Origin: Pseudomonadota bacterium
GTDB lineage: Bacteria; Pseudomonadota; Alphaproteobacteria; Micavibrionales; UBA2020
Direction of reading: 5' to 3'
Length of the DNA: 64,000 nucleotides
NCBI GenBank assembly: GCA_021805245.1
Contig: JAJZFS010000048.1
Location: 5,536-69,535, forward strand
How positions within the stretch are numbered: position 1 is the first letter of the stretch; each line of letters starts with the position of its first letter. Shown one piece after another: positions 18,900-27,959 of the stretch. The notes beneath the pieces are model-generated. The model was not told the origin of the DNA. It saw only the letters and a program-made list of their open reading frames with translations, and made no database searches. The position numbers and the translations under genes are program-made.

Positions 18900-20590
18900 T
18901 ACTCAACCATCGGTAATTGGAGGCCTTTTTCATGCGCGCAATCAATAGCGTCTTTGTAACCCGCGTCCGCATGGCGCATCACGCCGGTGGCGGGATCGTT
19001 GGTCAGCACGCGCGCAATGCGCCGCGCCGCTTCTTCGGTGCCGTCGGCGACGATCACCATGCCCGCATGCTGCGAAAAGCCCATACCGACGCCGCCGCCG
19101 TGGTGCAGCGAAACCCATGTTGCGCCGCTGGCGGTGTTCAACAGCGCGTTGAGCAGCGGCCAGTCGGAAACGGCATCCGAGCCGTCCTTCATGCCTTCGG
19201 TCTCACGGTTGGGCGAAGCGACGGAACCGCTGTCCAAATGGTCGCGGCCGATGACGACCGGGGCTTTGAGCTCGCCGGAGGCCACCATCTCATTGAACGC
19301 CAGCCCGAGGCGCGCGCGGTCGCCCAATCCCACCCAGCAGATGCGCGACGGCAGGCCCTGAAACTTGATGCGTTTTTGCGCCATGTCGAGCCAGTTGTGC
19401 AGATGTTTGTCATCCGGCATCAGCTCCTTTACGCGCTTGTCGGTTTTATAAATGTCTTCCGGATCGCCGGAGAGCGCCGCCCAGCGGAACGGACCGATGC
19501 CGCGGCAGAACAGCGGACGGATGTAGGCGGGCACAAAGCCCGGAAAGTCGAAGGCGTTTGCGACGCCGGTCTCGAACGCCATCTGGCGGATGTTGTTGCC
19601 GTAGTCGAGTACGGGGATGCCCTTGTTCCAGAAATCGAGCATGGCGCGCACCTGCACCGCCATCGATTCCTTCGCCGCCTTGACGACGCCTTCGGGATCG
19701 CTGACGCGGCGCTTTTCGGCTTCATCCCATGTCCAGCCCGCGGGCAGATAGCCGTTGAGCGGATCGTGTGCGCTGGTCTGGTCAGTGACGACGTCGGGAC
19801 GGTATTTTGCGTCCGTCGCAGCGCGGCGGGCGATCTCGGGGAAAATATCCGCCGCATTGCCCAGCAGGCCGACGGAGATCGGCTCTTGCGCGGCATGGAT
19901 CATCTCGATCGCTTCATCGAGCGTCTCGGCTTTTTTATCAAGATACTTCGTCGCCAGACGGCGCTCGATGCGGCTGGCCTGACATTCGACGCCAAGCAGA
20001 GACGCGCCCGCCATCGTCGCCGCCAGCGGCTGCGCGCCGCCCATGCCGCCGAGACCGCCAGTCAAAATCCATTTGCCTTTGAGGCTGCCGTTGAAATGCT
20101 TCCTGCCCACTTCGGCGAAGGTTTCGTACGTGCCCTGAATGATGCCCTGCGTGCCGATGTAGATCCAAGAGCCCGCCGTCATCTGCCCGTACATCATCAG
20201 GCCCTTGGCGTCGAGCTCGCGGAAATGCTCCCACGTCGCCCAGTGCGGCACGAGGTTGGAATTGGCGATCAGCACGCGCGGCGCGTCGGCATGGGTCTTG
20301 AACACGCCGACCGGCTTGCCGGATTGCACCAGCAGCGTTTCGTCGGCTTCAAGGGTTTGCAGCGTTTCGACGATCTTGTCGAAACATTCCCAGTTGCGCG
20401 CCGCCTTGCCGATACCGCCGTAGACCACCAGCGCGTCAGGGTTCTCCGCCACATCGGCGTCGAGGTTGTTCATCAGCATGCGCAGCGGCGCTTCGGTGAG
20501 CCATGATTTCGCGGACAGCTTTGTGCCGTGCGGCGCCTTGATTGCGCGTTTGTTGGCGAGAGCGCTTTTACCTGCAGCTTGTGCTGTCAT
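18899..20590 (-). CDS. hutU: Urocanate hydratase
   Basis: 563 aa with the conserved urocanase sequence ([26 protein letters not shown]). TAATG overlap with the hutH start. Confidence 0.95.
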   Translation of the reverse strand: MTAQAAGKSALANKRAIKAPHGTKLSAKSWLTEAPLRMLMNNLDADVAENPDALVVYGGIGKAARNWECFDKIVETLQTLEADETLLVQSGKPVGVFKTHADAPRVLIANSNLVPHWATWEHFRELDAKGLMMYGQMTAGSWIYIGTQGIIQGTYETFAEVGRKHFNGSLKGKWILTGGLGGMGGAQPLAATMAGASLLGVECQASRIERRLATKYLDKKAETLDEAIEMIHAAQEPISVGLLGNAADIFPEIARRAATDAKYRPDVVTDQTSAHDPLNGYLPAGWTWDEAEKRRVSDPEGVVKAAKESMAVQVRAMLDFWNKGIPVLDYGNNIRQMAFETGVANAFDFPGFVPAYIRPLFCRGIGPFRWAALSGDPEDIYKTDKRVKELMPDDKHLHNWLDMAQKRIKFQGLPSRICWVGLGDRARLGLAFNEMVASGELKAPVVIGRDHLDSGSVASPNRETEGMKDGSDAVSDWPLLNALLNTASGATWVSLHHGGGVGMGFSQHAGMVIVADGTEEAARRIARVLTNDPATGVMRHADAGYKDAIDCAHEKGLQLPMVE

Positions 20591-20627
20591 TCTTCAGCCT
20601 CCTTTATATTTATTAAATATATATCGG

Positions 20628-22055
20628 TTAAATATGAATGGGTCTGCCGTCCACCGCCAGCGCGGCCTCCTTCACCGTTTCGTTGAGCGTCGGGTGCGCG
20701 TGGCAGGTGCGGGCGATGTCTTCCGCCGCGCCGCCGAACTCCATCACCGCGACGACTTCGGCGATCAGCGTGCCGGCCTCGGGGCCGATGATGTGGCAGC
20801 CGAGCACACGGTCGGTCTTGGCGTCCGCCAGAATTTTCACAAAGCCGTCCGTCGCCGCCATGGCGCGGGCGCGGCCGTTGGCCATGAACGGGAACTTGCC
20901 GGATTTGTAGGCGATGCCTTTTTCTTTCAGTTGTTCTTCGGTCGCGCCGACGGAGGCGACTTCGGGGAAGGTATAGACCACGCCCGGAATATTGTCATAG
21001 TTGATATGCCCCGTCTGCCCCGCGATGATCTCCGCCACCACCACGCCTTCATCCTCGGCTTTATGCGCCAGCATCGCGCCGCGCACGACGTCGCCGATCG
21101 CATAGATGCCTTTGACGTTGGTCTGAAAATGATCGTCGATCTCGATGCGGCCGCGATTGTCCACCTTCACCCCCGCCTTGTCCAGCCCCAGCCCTTGCGT
21201 ATAGGGGCGACGGCCGATGGCCAGCAGCACGGTTTCGACTTCGAGCGTTTCGGGATTATTATTTTTGCCTGCTTCGCCCGGCATACCACCGGCTGCAGGC
21301 TCCAGCGTCAGCGTGACCTTGCCTTTGGCGGTTTTCGCCGCCGTGACCTTGGCGGACAGCTTGAACTCCATGCCCTGTTTGGCGAGGATTTTTTTCGCCT
21401 CCTTGGAAAGCTCGCCGTCCATGCCCGGCAGGATGCGGTCGAGAAACTCGATCACCGTCACTTTCGCGCCGAGGCGCTGCCACACCGTGCCCATTTCAAG
21501 GCCGATCACCCCGCCGCCGATCACCGCCAGCGTCTTTGGCACTTTCTCAAGGCTCAGCGCGCCTGTGGAGGTGACGATCTGTTTTTCATCGACGTCAATG
21601 CCTTTGAGCGGCGTCGATTCCGATCCCGTGGCGATAACGATGTTTTTGGCATTAATGGTCTTGCCGTTCACTTCGACCACGCCCGCGCCCTTGACCGCGC
21701 CCGTACCGACGATATGCGTCACCTTGTTCTTCTTGAACAAAAAGGCGATGCCCTGCGTGTTGGCGGCAACGACCTTGTCTTTATGCGCCATCATTTTGCC
21801 AAGATCGGCTTTCGGCGTGCCGACATCGATGCCCAGCCCCGCGAACTGGTGCGCCGCCTGTTCATACTTCTCCGACACGCTGAGCAGCGCCTTCGAAGGG
21901 ATGCAGCCGACATTGAGGCAGGTGCCGCCGAGGGTTTTGTCCTTCTCGATGCAGGCGGTTTTGAGGCCCAGCTGCGCCGCGCGAATCGCGCACACATAGC
22001 CGCCGGGGCCGGAGCCGATCACCACAAGATCATAAGTTTCGGGGGTTTCCGACAT
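20628..22055 (-). CDS. lpd: Dihydrolipoyl dehydrogenase (E3)
   Basis: 475 aa; GSGPGGY, redox-active GGTCLNVGCIPSK, and C-terminal HAHPTLNE. Confidence 0.95.
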   Translation of the reverse strand: MSETPETYDLVVIGSGPGGYVCAIRAAQLGLKTACIEKDKTLGGTCLNVGCIPSKALLSVSEKYEQAAHQFAGLGIDVGTPKADLGKMMAHKDKVVAANTQGIAFLFKKNKVTHIVGTGAVKGAGVVEVNGKTINAKNIVIATGSESTPLKGIDVDEKQIVTSTGALSLEKVPKTLAVIGGGVIGLEMGTVWQRLGAKVTVIEFLDRILPGMDGELSKEAKKILAKQGMEFKLSAKVTAAKTAKGKVTLTLEPAAGGMPGEAGKNNNPETLEVETVLLAIGRRPYTQGLGLDKAGVKVDNRGRIEIDDHFQTNVKGIYAIGDVVRGAMLAHKAEDEGVVVAEIIAGQTGHINYDNIPGVVYTFPEVASVGATEEQLKEKGIAYKSGKFPFMANGRARAMAATDGFVKILADAKTDRVLGCHIIGPEAGTLIAEVVAVMEFGGAAEDIARTCHAHPTLNETVKEAALAVDGRPIHI

Positions 22056-22162
22056 CGTTCAATCCTTCCGATAAATTGCGGATTTCACTGTACCTGAAAG
22101 ACTTTAGGATTTCGAGTTCCTTTGCCGCGTGCGCCATTTTGGTCTTATTTTCCGTATAAAAT

Positions 22163-22191
22163 TTGACAAGAATCCGAATCGCGCCTACAAG
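22163..22191 (+). promoter_or_regulatory. Candidate sigma70-type promoter with no downstream CDS
   Basis: TTGACA (22163-22168), a 17-nt spacer, then TACAAG (22186-22191), in an AT-rich intergenic region. Confidence 0.3.
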
Positions 22192-22197
22192 GAGGGC

Positions 22198-22277
22198 ACA
22201 GCAAAATATTAGCGCTGTATGTGTCTTTGTTTTTTCAAAAGGAGCCGTTCCGTAACAGAAACCGGCTCCTTTTTTTT
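22198..22277 (+). ncRNA. Candidate small RNA of about 80 nt (orphan promoter plus strong intrinsic terminator)
   Basis: Hairpin GGAGCCG(TT)...(AA)CGGCTCC at 22241-22269 followed by T8 (22270-22277). No + strand gene lies upstream for several kb, and no plausible ORF lies between the promoter and the terminator. Confidence 0.3.
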
Positions 22278-22289
22278 GCGTAAAATTAA

Positions 22290-22304
22290 TTAACATTATG
22301 TTAA
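22290..22304. promoter_or_regulatory. 15-bp perfect palindrome TTAACATTATGTTAA upstream of the EF-hand-like gene
   Basis: Read directly, about 120 nt upstream of ATG 22424. It contains GTTAACGG, which is also found twice upstream of the flagellin gene. Confidence 0.3.
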
Positions 22305-22423
22305 CGGATGGTTTACCCTTCCTTAAAGGAAATCCTGCGATAATAGAAGTGTAGTTCGGCGCGTGGGAGAATCCTGAGCGCTTTATGGGGATATGTTGCG
22401 TCTTCTAGAAAGGGACAAAGCCC

Positions 22424-23323
22424 ATGACCAGTGTTTCAGGCGTCTCATCGACACCGACCGCCTACGCAAGCGCGACCACAACCGCCAACAAGGCGATGAA
22501 GGCGTTGCTGACCGGCAGCGATATAACGAATTTGCTCGCCATGAAAGTCGCGCCCGGGGAGGCCCCTTCTGAAAAGCTCGTCACCTCGTCGCTGTGGACG
22601 TTCCTCAACGGCGATGCCAGCGGCACGATCAGCAAATCGGATGTCCTCGCCGCCCTAAAAACCGTCGGCGGCGCGCCCAGCGACGCCAACGCCGTCTGGT
22701 CGCTCATCAATCCCGGCAATACCAACACCGTCAGCCAGACCCAGTTCGACAACAGTTCCTACTTGAAAGGCGCCATTCAAACAAATCTTGTCTTCATACA
22801 AAAAGGCGTAACGCAATATCTGACCAACAACCCCCTCACCGCCGAGAAAACCATTGAATTGCTGATGAGCAGCACCACGGTGCAGCAGGCGCTCGCGTCG
22901 CAATCCACGCTCTGGACGCCGCCCACGCCGGGGCAGGTCTTCTCGACGATCTGGGCGCTGTTCAACGTCAACAGCACCAAAGTCATCTCCAAGTCCGACG
23001 TAGAGGCGGGGGTGAACGCCGTCGGCGGAACGCCCATGGACGCCAACGCGCTCTGGGCGCAACTCGACCCCGGCAAAAACGGCGCGGTCAGCGCGACGCA
23101 GTTTGTCAATAACGCCTATTTGAAAGACTCCATCATGACCAATCTCCCCGCGACGCGAGCCACCGTGTCGCAAGTTCTGCTCGACAGCACGGGCAAAAGC
23201 AACAGCGTGCTCGACGCCTTTTCCACCGGCGGCACGAACATTCTGTCGCAGGCCGCGACCGGCTACAACGGCAGCGCCATCGGCGCGGGAGACAACTTCA
23301 ACTACCTCAATCTTTTCGTCTGA
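22424..23323 (+). CDS. Ser/Thr/Asn-rich protein with two tandem EF-hand-pair-like modules
   Basis: Internal duplication: SLWTFLNGDASGTISKSDVLAALKTVGGAPSDANAVWSLINPGNTNTVSQTQFDNSSYLKGAIQTNL versus TIWALFNVNSTKVISKSDVEAGVNAVGGTPMDANALWAQLDPGKNGAVSATQFVNNAYLKDSIMTNL. Loops resemble Ca-binding DxSGxIS / DPxxNGxVS. There is no Cys and no signal peptide. Confidence 0.6.
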   Translation: MTSVSGVSSTPTAYASATTTANKAMKALLTGSDITNLLAMKVAPGEAPSEKLVTSSLWTFLNGDASGTISKSDVLAALKTVGGAPSDANAVWSLINPGNTNTVSQTQFDNSSYLKGAIQTNLVFIQKGVTQYLTNNPLTAEKTIELLMSSTTVQQALASQSTLWTPPTPGQVFSTIWALFNVNSTKVISKSDVEAGVNAVGGTPMDANALWAQLDPGKNGAVSATQFVNNAYLKDSIMTNLPATRATVSQVLLDSTGKSNSVLDAFSTGGTNILSQAATGYNGSAIGAGDNFNYLNLFV

Positions 23324-23437
23324 AAATCCACGGACATGGCTTCCCGCGCAATCGTTTGACAAAGGTCAAGCTCTGTGCGCAAGATTGCGCGTAACTTCCT
23401 TGCAGCAGGGCGCGCGGCGCCGGAAAGGACGGCACAC

Positions 23438-24004
23438 ATGTTCAGACTCATCAAGGGACTTCCCGATCACGTTCTGGGCGTTGAGGCGCGCGGCCGCGTC
23501 ACGGATGCGGATTACCGCGAGGTGCTGATCCCCGAAGTCGAAAAGAAGCTTGCCAGACATAAGGCCCTCAGGCTGTTTTATGTCGCCGGAAAAGACTTCT
23601 ACGGCTACGATGCCCACGCCATGTGGGACGACACCGCCTTCGCCCTGGAGCACTGGACAAGTTTCAGCGGCATCGCCCTCGTTACCGACATCGCGTGGCT
23701 CCGCGCGATAGCGCAAGCTTTCGCCCCGCTTTTCCCCGGAGTGGTGAAAGTGTTCGGACTCGCCGACCGCCGCGAAGCGGAAAAATGGATCGGCACGGGT
23801 GCCAAGCCCGCCAAGCCATCGCGCCAGAAGCCTGCCGCGCAAAAGAAGCCGAAAAAGAAACAACCCGCCGTCACAAAGAACGCCGGAAGGAAAAAGCCCG
23901 CAGCAAAAAATACCGTTCCTCGAAAAACACCAAAGAAGCCCGCTGCGCCCCAAAAAGTGAAAAAGGCTCCGGCACCGCGGAAGAAAATCCGCAAAAAAAA
24001 ATGA
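23438..24004 (+). CDS. STAS/SpoIIAA-like (DUF3478-type) protein with an 80-aa Lys/Pro/Ala-rich basic tail
   Basis: MFRLIKGLPDHVLGVEARGRVTDADYREVLIPEVEKKL...FSGIALVTDIAWLR, followed by ...KPAKPSRQKPAAQKKPKKKQPAVTKNAGRKKPAAKNTVPRKTPKKPAAPQKVKKAPAPRKKIRKKK. Confidence 0.65.
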   Translation: MFRLIKGLPDHVLGVEARGRVTDADYREVLIPEVEKKLARHKALRLFYVAGKDFYGYDAHAMWDDTAFALEHWTSFSGIALVTDIAWLRAIAQAFAPLFPGVVKVFGLADRREAEKWIGTGAKPAKPSRQKPAAQKKPKKKQPAVTKNAGRKKPAAKNTVPRKTPKKPAAPQKVKKAPAPRKKIRKKK

Positions 24005-24092
24005 AAATGTTTTTTAACGCGGCGCTAACTGTTATATAATCCCCTTTGCAATCAAAACGATCGGAAAGTCCGGCCGGAGACACGGGGGAAAC

Positions 24093-25238
24093 GTGAAAAA
24101 CATTTTGCATTATCTCGAGCAGGACACCGTCCTCGGACACAATCCGATGGTCTGGGCGATATTCCTCGCGGCAGCGGGCGTCTCCTTCGTGGTGCTTTAT
24201 TTTCTGAAAACGGTCATCACCTGGCGTTTGAAGAAGATACCGCAAAAGCGCTACCTCAACTGGCTCAAGCACACGCTGCACACATTCGAGAACACCAAAG
24301 TCATCTCGCTGATCGCCGTGTCCTTCTGGATCGGCGGCCTGTTCGCCGACCTGCCGGCGCATATCGAGCAGGATATAAGCCAGATCACAGCCTTCATCCT
24401 CTTCCTGCAAGTCGGCTTCTGGATCGATACGATTTACCGCGACTGGTACACCTACTATTACAACCGCCAGATGAAGACCAGCCCCGCGACGGTGACAACG
24501 CTCGGCGCACTCCGCGTGGTCATCAGCGCGATCATCTGGATCTGCATTTTTCTGCTGGCGCTGGACAACGCCGGCGTCAACATCCGCACGCTGGTCACCG
24601 GCCTCGGCATCGGCGGCATCGCCATCGCCCTCGCGGTACAGAACACCCTCGGCGACCTGATGGCCTCTCTTTCCATCGTGCTTGATAAACCCTTTATCGT
24701 CGGCGACTTTCTCATCGTCGATGCGCATATGGGCGCGGTCGAGCACATCGGCCTCAAGACGACGCGCCTGCGCAGCATTTCGGGCGAGGAACTCGTTTTC
24801 TCCAACACCAACCTGCTGCAAAGCCGCATCCACAACTACGGCCGCATGTACCAGCGCCGCGTGGTTGGATCGATCGGCGTCACCTACCAGACTCCACCGG
24901 ACCTGCTGGAGGCCATACCCCCGATCATCCGCGCTGCCATCGAATCTCAGAAGCAAACGCGTTTCGACCGCGCGCATTTCAAGAACTTCGGCGGCTCCAG
25001 TCTCGATTTCGAATACGTCTACTTCGTCACAGTGGCGGATTACAACGCCTATATGGACATCCAGCAGGCGATCAACCTGATTCTGCTGCGCAAGTTTAAC
25101 GAGCTGAAGATCGACTTCGCCTATCCGACGCAGACGTTGTTCATCGAAAAGCCCGGCAGCAAGGACGCGAACGATAACGCCGTCGGCAAAACGGAAAGCA
25201 GCCTTGCGCCCGCGACGTCCTCATCGCCCGCCGCGTAG
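24093..25238 (+). CDS. Mechanosensitive ion channel (MscS family)
   Basis: GTG start; TM helices, then GLGIGGIAIALAVQNTLGDLMASLSIVLDKPFIVGDFL, the MscS pore/beta-domain signature. Confidence 0.88.
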   Translation: MKNILHYLEQDTVLGHNPMVWAIFLAAAGVSFVVLYFLKTVITWRLKKIPQKRYLNWLKHTLHTFENTKVISLIAVSFWIGGLFADLPAHIEQDISQITAFILFLQVGFWIDTIYRDWYTYYYNRQMKTSPATVTTLGALRVVISAIIWICIFLLALDNAGVNIRTLVTGLGIGGIAIALAVQNTLGDLMASLSIVLDKPFIVGDFLIVDAHMGAVEHIGLKTTRLRSISGEELVFSNTNLLQSRIHNYGRMYQRRVVGSIGVTYQTPPDLLEAIPPIIRAAIESQKQTRFDRAHFKNFGGSSLDFEYVYFVTVADYNAYMDIQQAINLILLRKFNELKIDFAYPTQTLFIEKPGSKDANDNAVGKTESSLAPATSSSPAA

Positions 25239-25243
25239 CGGCG

Positions 25244-25329
25244 CGAAATATCTATTCAGCGCATGACGGCACGAAATACCCATTCACCGGCCTGACGGCA
25301 CAAAATACTGATTCAGCGGCCTGACGGCA
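25244..25329. repeat. Three tandem 28-29-bp repeats spanning the 3' end of the YHYH gene
   Basis: On the minus strand the units are GTGCCGTCAGGCCGCTGAATCAGTATTTT (25329-25301), GTGCCGTCAGGCCGGTGAATGGGTATTTC (25300-25272) and GTGCCGTCATGCGCTGAATAGATATTTC (25271-25244). Confidence 0.85.
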
Positions 25330-26353
25330 CGCAGGCCATCCCCCCGCCGGGAACGTCGCGGCACTTCCCCTGCACTTCGTCCCCGCGCGGTGTGAAGAAG
25401 CCGCACGGCGCTCCGGAGGCCGAGCCCTGGCACGCCTGCACGGCCTCTTGCGGCGGCCGGCGGTATCTCTGCCCTCCGCGTGACGCACCGGCGACGGGCG
25501 TACCGCGGAAACAACCGATCGTGTAAGGATATTCGCGCGTCATGACGTAGTGATAGATTTTCACGGTCTTGCCGTCCAGAACGACCGGCCCGACGCGGCC
25601 ATGGCAGACGTCGAGATCCTTGTTCGTGATCTCGCGCCCGTGCGCATCGAACATGCTGGTGATGGGAAAGCCGTCGAGCGCGTAACCGATGACCTGATCA
25701 TCCTTGTTCCAGCCTTTCACGCAGGGGCTCGGCCCGTGATAGTGATACATGCCCTCATGTTGCGGGTGGCCGTTGCATTTGTCCTGTACCTCGTGCGCCA
25801 CGGCATCGCGCCCCGCTTCGTCGAGCGCATTGAACAGCGCGACGCCATTCGTCATCACGCCGACCATGCCCATCGGCACGCACGATGGCAGGGACGCGAT
25901 TTTCGGGTGCAGCGGCAACGCGAGATGAACGTTCTGCGGGACGACGGCGTTGGGATTGCGGTCGATCGCATAGGCGGGATCGCTCTCGCGTATCGGAAAA
26001 ATACCCGTGCCGGCGCCGACCGGCAGGCCGTTGCCGTATAAAATCCGCTTGTCGCCCGACACCTTCATGAAAAACGCCGCGTCCGGCCAGGCGACATTCC
26101 CCTGCACGGCAAGCTTTTGATCGGCGTTCCATGCGCCGCCGTGGATCCAGCTACCGGCATGCCGCGCGCCGCCGCGGCGAAAATGCGTCTGGCACGCGTA
26201 GACAGAACCGCTTTGGGGCGCATCGCCGACCCGCCCGTCGCCGAGCGGCAGGGCGCGGACGTTCAAGACATAGGTTTTTCCCGCCGTCGCGCGGGCTTGC
26301 GGCAAAAGGCCGGCGGAAAAGACGGCAACGAAAAGCATTATTTTTTTAAGCAT
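25313..26353 (-). CDS. Secreted YHYH-motif protein with Cys-rich C-terminal tail
   Basis: MLKKIMLFVAVFSAGLLPQARA signal; DKCNGHPQHEGMYHYHGPSPC motif; C-terminal ...ACQGSASGAPCGFFTPRGDEVQGKCRDVPGGGMAC. The ORF track starts at 26383. Confidence 0.7.
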   Translation of the reverse strand: MLKKIMLFVAVFSAGLLPQARATAGKTYVLNVRALPLGDGRVGDAPQSGSVYACQTHFRRGGARHAGSWIHGGAWNADQKLAVQGNVAWPDAAFFMKVSGDKRILYGNGLPVGAGTGIFPIRESDPAYAIDRNPNAVVPQNVHLALPLHPKIASLPSCVPMGMVGVMTNGVALFNALDEAGRDAVAHEVQDKCNGHPQHEGMYHYHGPSPCVKGWNKDDQVIGYALDGFPITSMFDAHGREITNKDLDVCHGRVGPVVLDGKTVKIYHYVMTREYPYTIGCFRGTPVAGASRGGQRYRRPPQEAVQACQGSASGAPCGFFTPRGDEVQGKCRDVPGGGMACVPSGR

Positions 26354-26413
26354 ACCAAAAACCTCGCCCTTTCTTCTTTTCACAGCCTATCGACAAAGCC
26401 CGCGCCGCGCAAT

Positions 26414-27364
26414 ATGATCCCTCCCATGACAGAAGAAACAACCCTGAATAAGGCACATATTCTGCAATCCACCGCCCTCCTCGCCGGCGGCGCGGGTCTG
26501 TGCTGGGTTTCGACGGCGCATCCCGCCTTCCAGCCGCTGTGGATGCCGTGGGATTTCTCGTGGTGCGAATATCTTGCGCCCGCCTTCGCCGCACTATGGT
26601 TTTTTCGCGGCCTGGCCGCCGCAGCCCCGCAGGAGCGCCTGCCCTGGTGGCGCACCCTTTCCTTCCTGCTCGGCCTCGCGCTGATCTACGCCGTGCTGCA
26701 AACGCATTTCGATTTCATGGCGCAGCATATGTTTTTTCTCGACCGCATCCAGCACGTCGTCATGCATCATGAGGGGCCCTTTCTGATCGCGCTCAGCGGC
26801 GCGGGGGAAACACTGCGGCGGGGCATGCCGCACTGGGCGCGGCGCATCGCCGACCACCGCTTTTCCACGGCCGCAGTGCGCACGCTCCAGCAGCCTGTGC
26901 TGGCGGTATTCCTGTTCTCCGGCCTGTTTTATTTCTGGCTGATCCCCGCTGTCAATTTCCGCGCCATGACCGACCCGCAGCTTTATTTCCTGATGAACGC
27001 CAGCATGACGCTCGACGGCCTCCTCTTCTGGACGCTGGTGCTCGACCGGCGCCCCAGCCCTCCGGCGCGTATTTCATTCGCCGCACGGGCGGTTTTGAGC
27101 ATCGCCGTGATGTTTCCGCAGATCATCCTCGGTGCCTTCATCGCTTTTTCCGATCATGACATCTACCCCTATTACAATCTCTGCGGACGGATTTACCCCT
27201 CTATCAGCGCCGTCACCGACCAGCACATCGGCGGCATCGTCAGCTGGGATCCGCCCAGCATGATGAGCATCATCGGTTTTATTACCGTTCTGAATTTTTA
27301 TAGATTGTCGGAAGACAGAAAAGAAAAGAAGGCTATATCTACTTCCAGTCCACAAGCCGCGTAA
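26414..27364 (+). CDS. Cytochrome c oxidase assembly protein, Caa3-CtaG-like polytopic membrane protein
   Basis: Internal ATG of ORF 26117..27364. Multi-TM protein with QHVVMHHEGPFLIAL, LDGLLFWTLVL and DQHIGGIVSW, the pattern typical of this family. Confidence 0.65.
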   Translation: MIPPMTEETTLNKAHILQSTALLAGGAGLCWVSTAHPAFQPLWMPWDFSWCEYLAPAFAALWFFRGLAAAAPQERLPWWRTLSFLLGLALIYAVLQTHFDFMAQHMFFLDRIQHVVMHHEGPFLIALSGAGETLRRGMPHWARRIADHRFSTAAVRTLQQPVLAVFLFSGLFYFWLIPAVNFRAMTDPQLYFLMNASMTLDGLLFWTLVLDRRPSPPARISFAARAVLSIAVMFPQIILGAFIAFSDHDIYPYYNLCGRIYPSISAVTDQHIGGIVSWDPPSMMSIIGFITVLNFYRLSEDRKEKKAISTSSPQAA

Positions 27365-27959
27365 GATCCGCCGCCGTGCCTGCGAGATCCGGCTTGTCGC
27401 CCTCCAACTTCGACAACAGCAGCCGCACGCTGCCGTCGCGGCCAAAAACGTAAACGCCGGCGCTGTGCGTCACGACATAAGGTTTGCCGTCTTTCGCCGC
27501 CGTCACGGAATAGGAGATGCGGTAGCGTCGCGCCAATGCCGCCAGCTGGTCGGGCGTGCCGCGCAGCGCATCGAACCCCGGCCCGAAAAGGGATTCATAC
27601 CGCTTTAAAACGGCGAGCGTGTCGCGTTTCGGATCGACGGTCACGAACAGCACGCGCACGGCGGCGGCCTTGCCGTTCATCTCTTTCACAACATCGGCGA
27701 TGGACGACAAGGTGCGCGGACAGGCGTCGGTGCAAAAACTGTAGCCGAAATAGAGCAGCGTGACTTTGCCGCGGTAGTCTTGCGCCGTGACCGTTTTGCC
27801 GTCACGCGCGCGCGTCATGGTGAAGGAAAGGCGCGGTAAAGTGCCCGTCATATCGGTATTGTTCCATGAACTTCCGGAGCGGCAGGCCGTCAGCCCCGTC
27901 AGGACCAAGACAACGAAAAACGCGCCGGTCAGCGCGCGCTTAAAGGCCGCCGGCGACAT
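27339..27959 (-). CDS. SCO1/SenC-family copper chaperone (thioredoxin fold), lipoprotein
   Basis: FFVVLVLTGLTAC lipobox, LLYFGYSFCTDACP (CxxxCP) and VTHSAGVYVF (copper-ligand His). The start at 27959 is preferred over 28010. Confidence 0.8.
   Translation of the reverse strand: MSPAAFKRALTGAFFVVLVLTGLTACRSGSSWNNTDMTGTLPRLSFTMTRARDGKTVTAQDYRGKVTLLYFGYSFCTDACPRTLSSIADVVKEMNGKAAAVRVLFVTVDPKRDTLAVLKRYESLFGPGFDALRGTPDQLAALARRYRISYSVTAAKDGKPYVVTHSAGVYVFGRDGSVRLLLSKLEGDKPDLAGTAADLTRLVDWK

Noticed and set aside
18917-20506. Very long antisense ORFs opposite well-supported genes. Examples: 18917..20506 opposite hutU, 20466..22097 opposite lpd, 28367..30205 opposite cysNC, 55624..57042 opposite the ABC exporter, 15435..16514 opposite hutI, and 3293..4702 opposite the M50 protease.
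   Set aside because: These are typical shadow ORFs of GC-rich DNA. Their translations are Arg/Ala/Gly/His-rich low-complexity with no motifs, while the opposite strand encodes canonical enzymes.
22030-22296. The 88-aa minus-strand ORF overlapping the lpd start.
   Set aside because: It overlaps the lpd N-terminus out of frame and runs through the AT-rich intergenic hairpin. It is most likely non-coding.
25244-25329. CRISPR array.
   Set aside because: The 29-bp units are directly adjacent with no spacers, there are only three degenerate copies, and no cas genes are nearby. I call it a tandem repeat instead. I saw no CRISPR-like array anywhere in the window.
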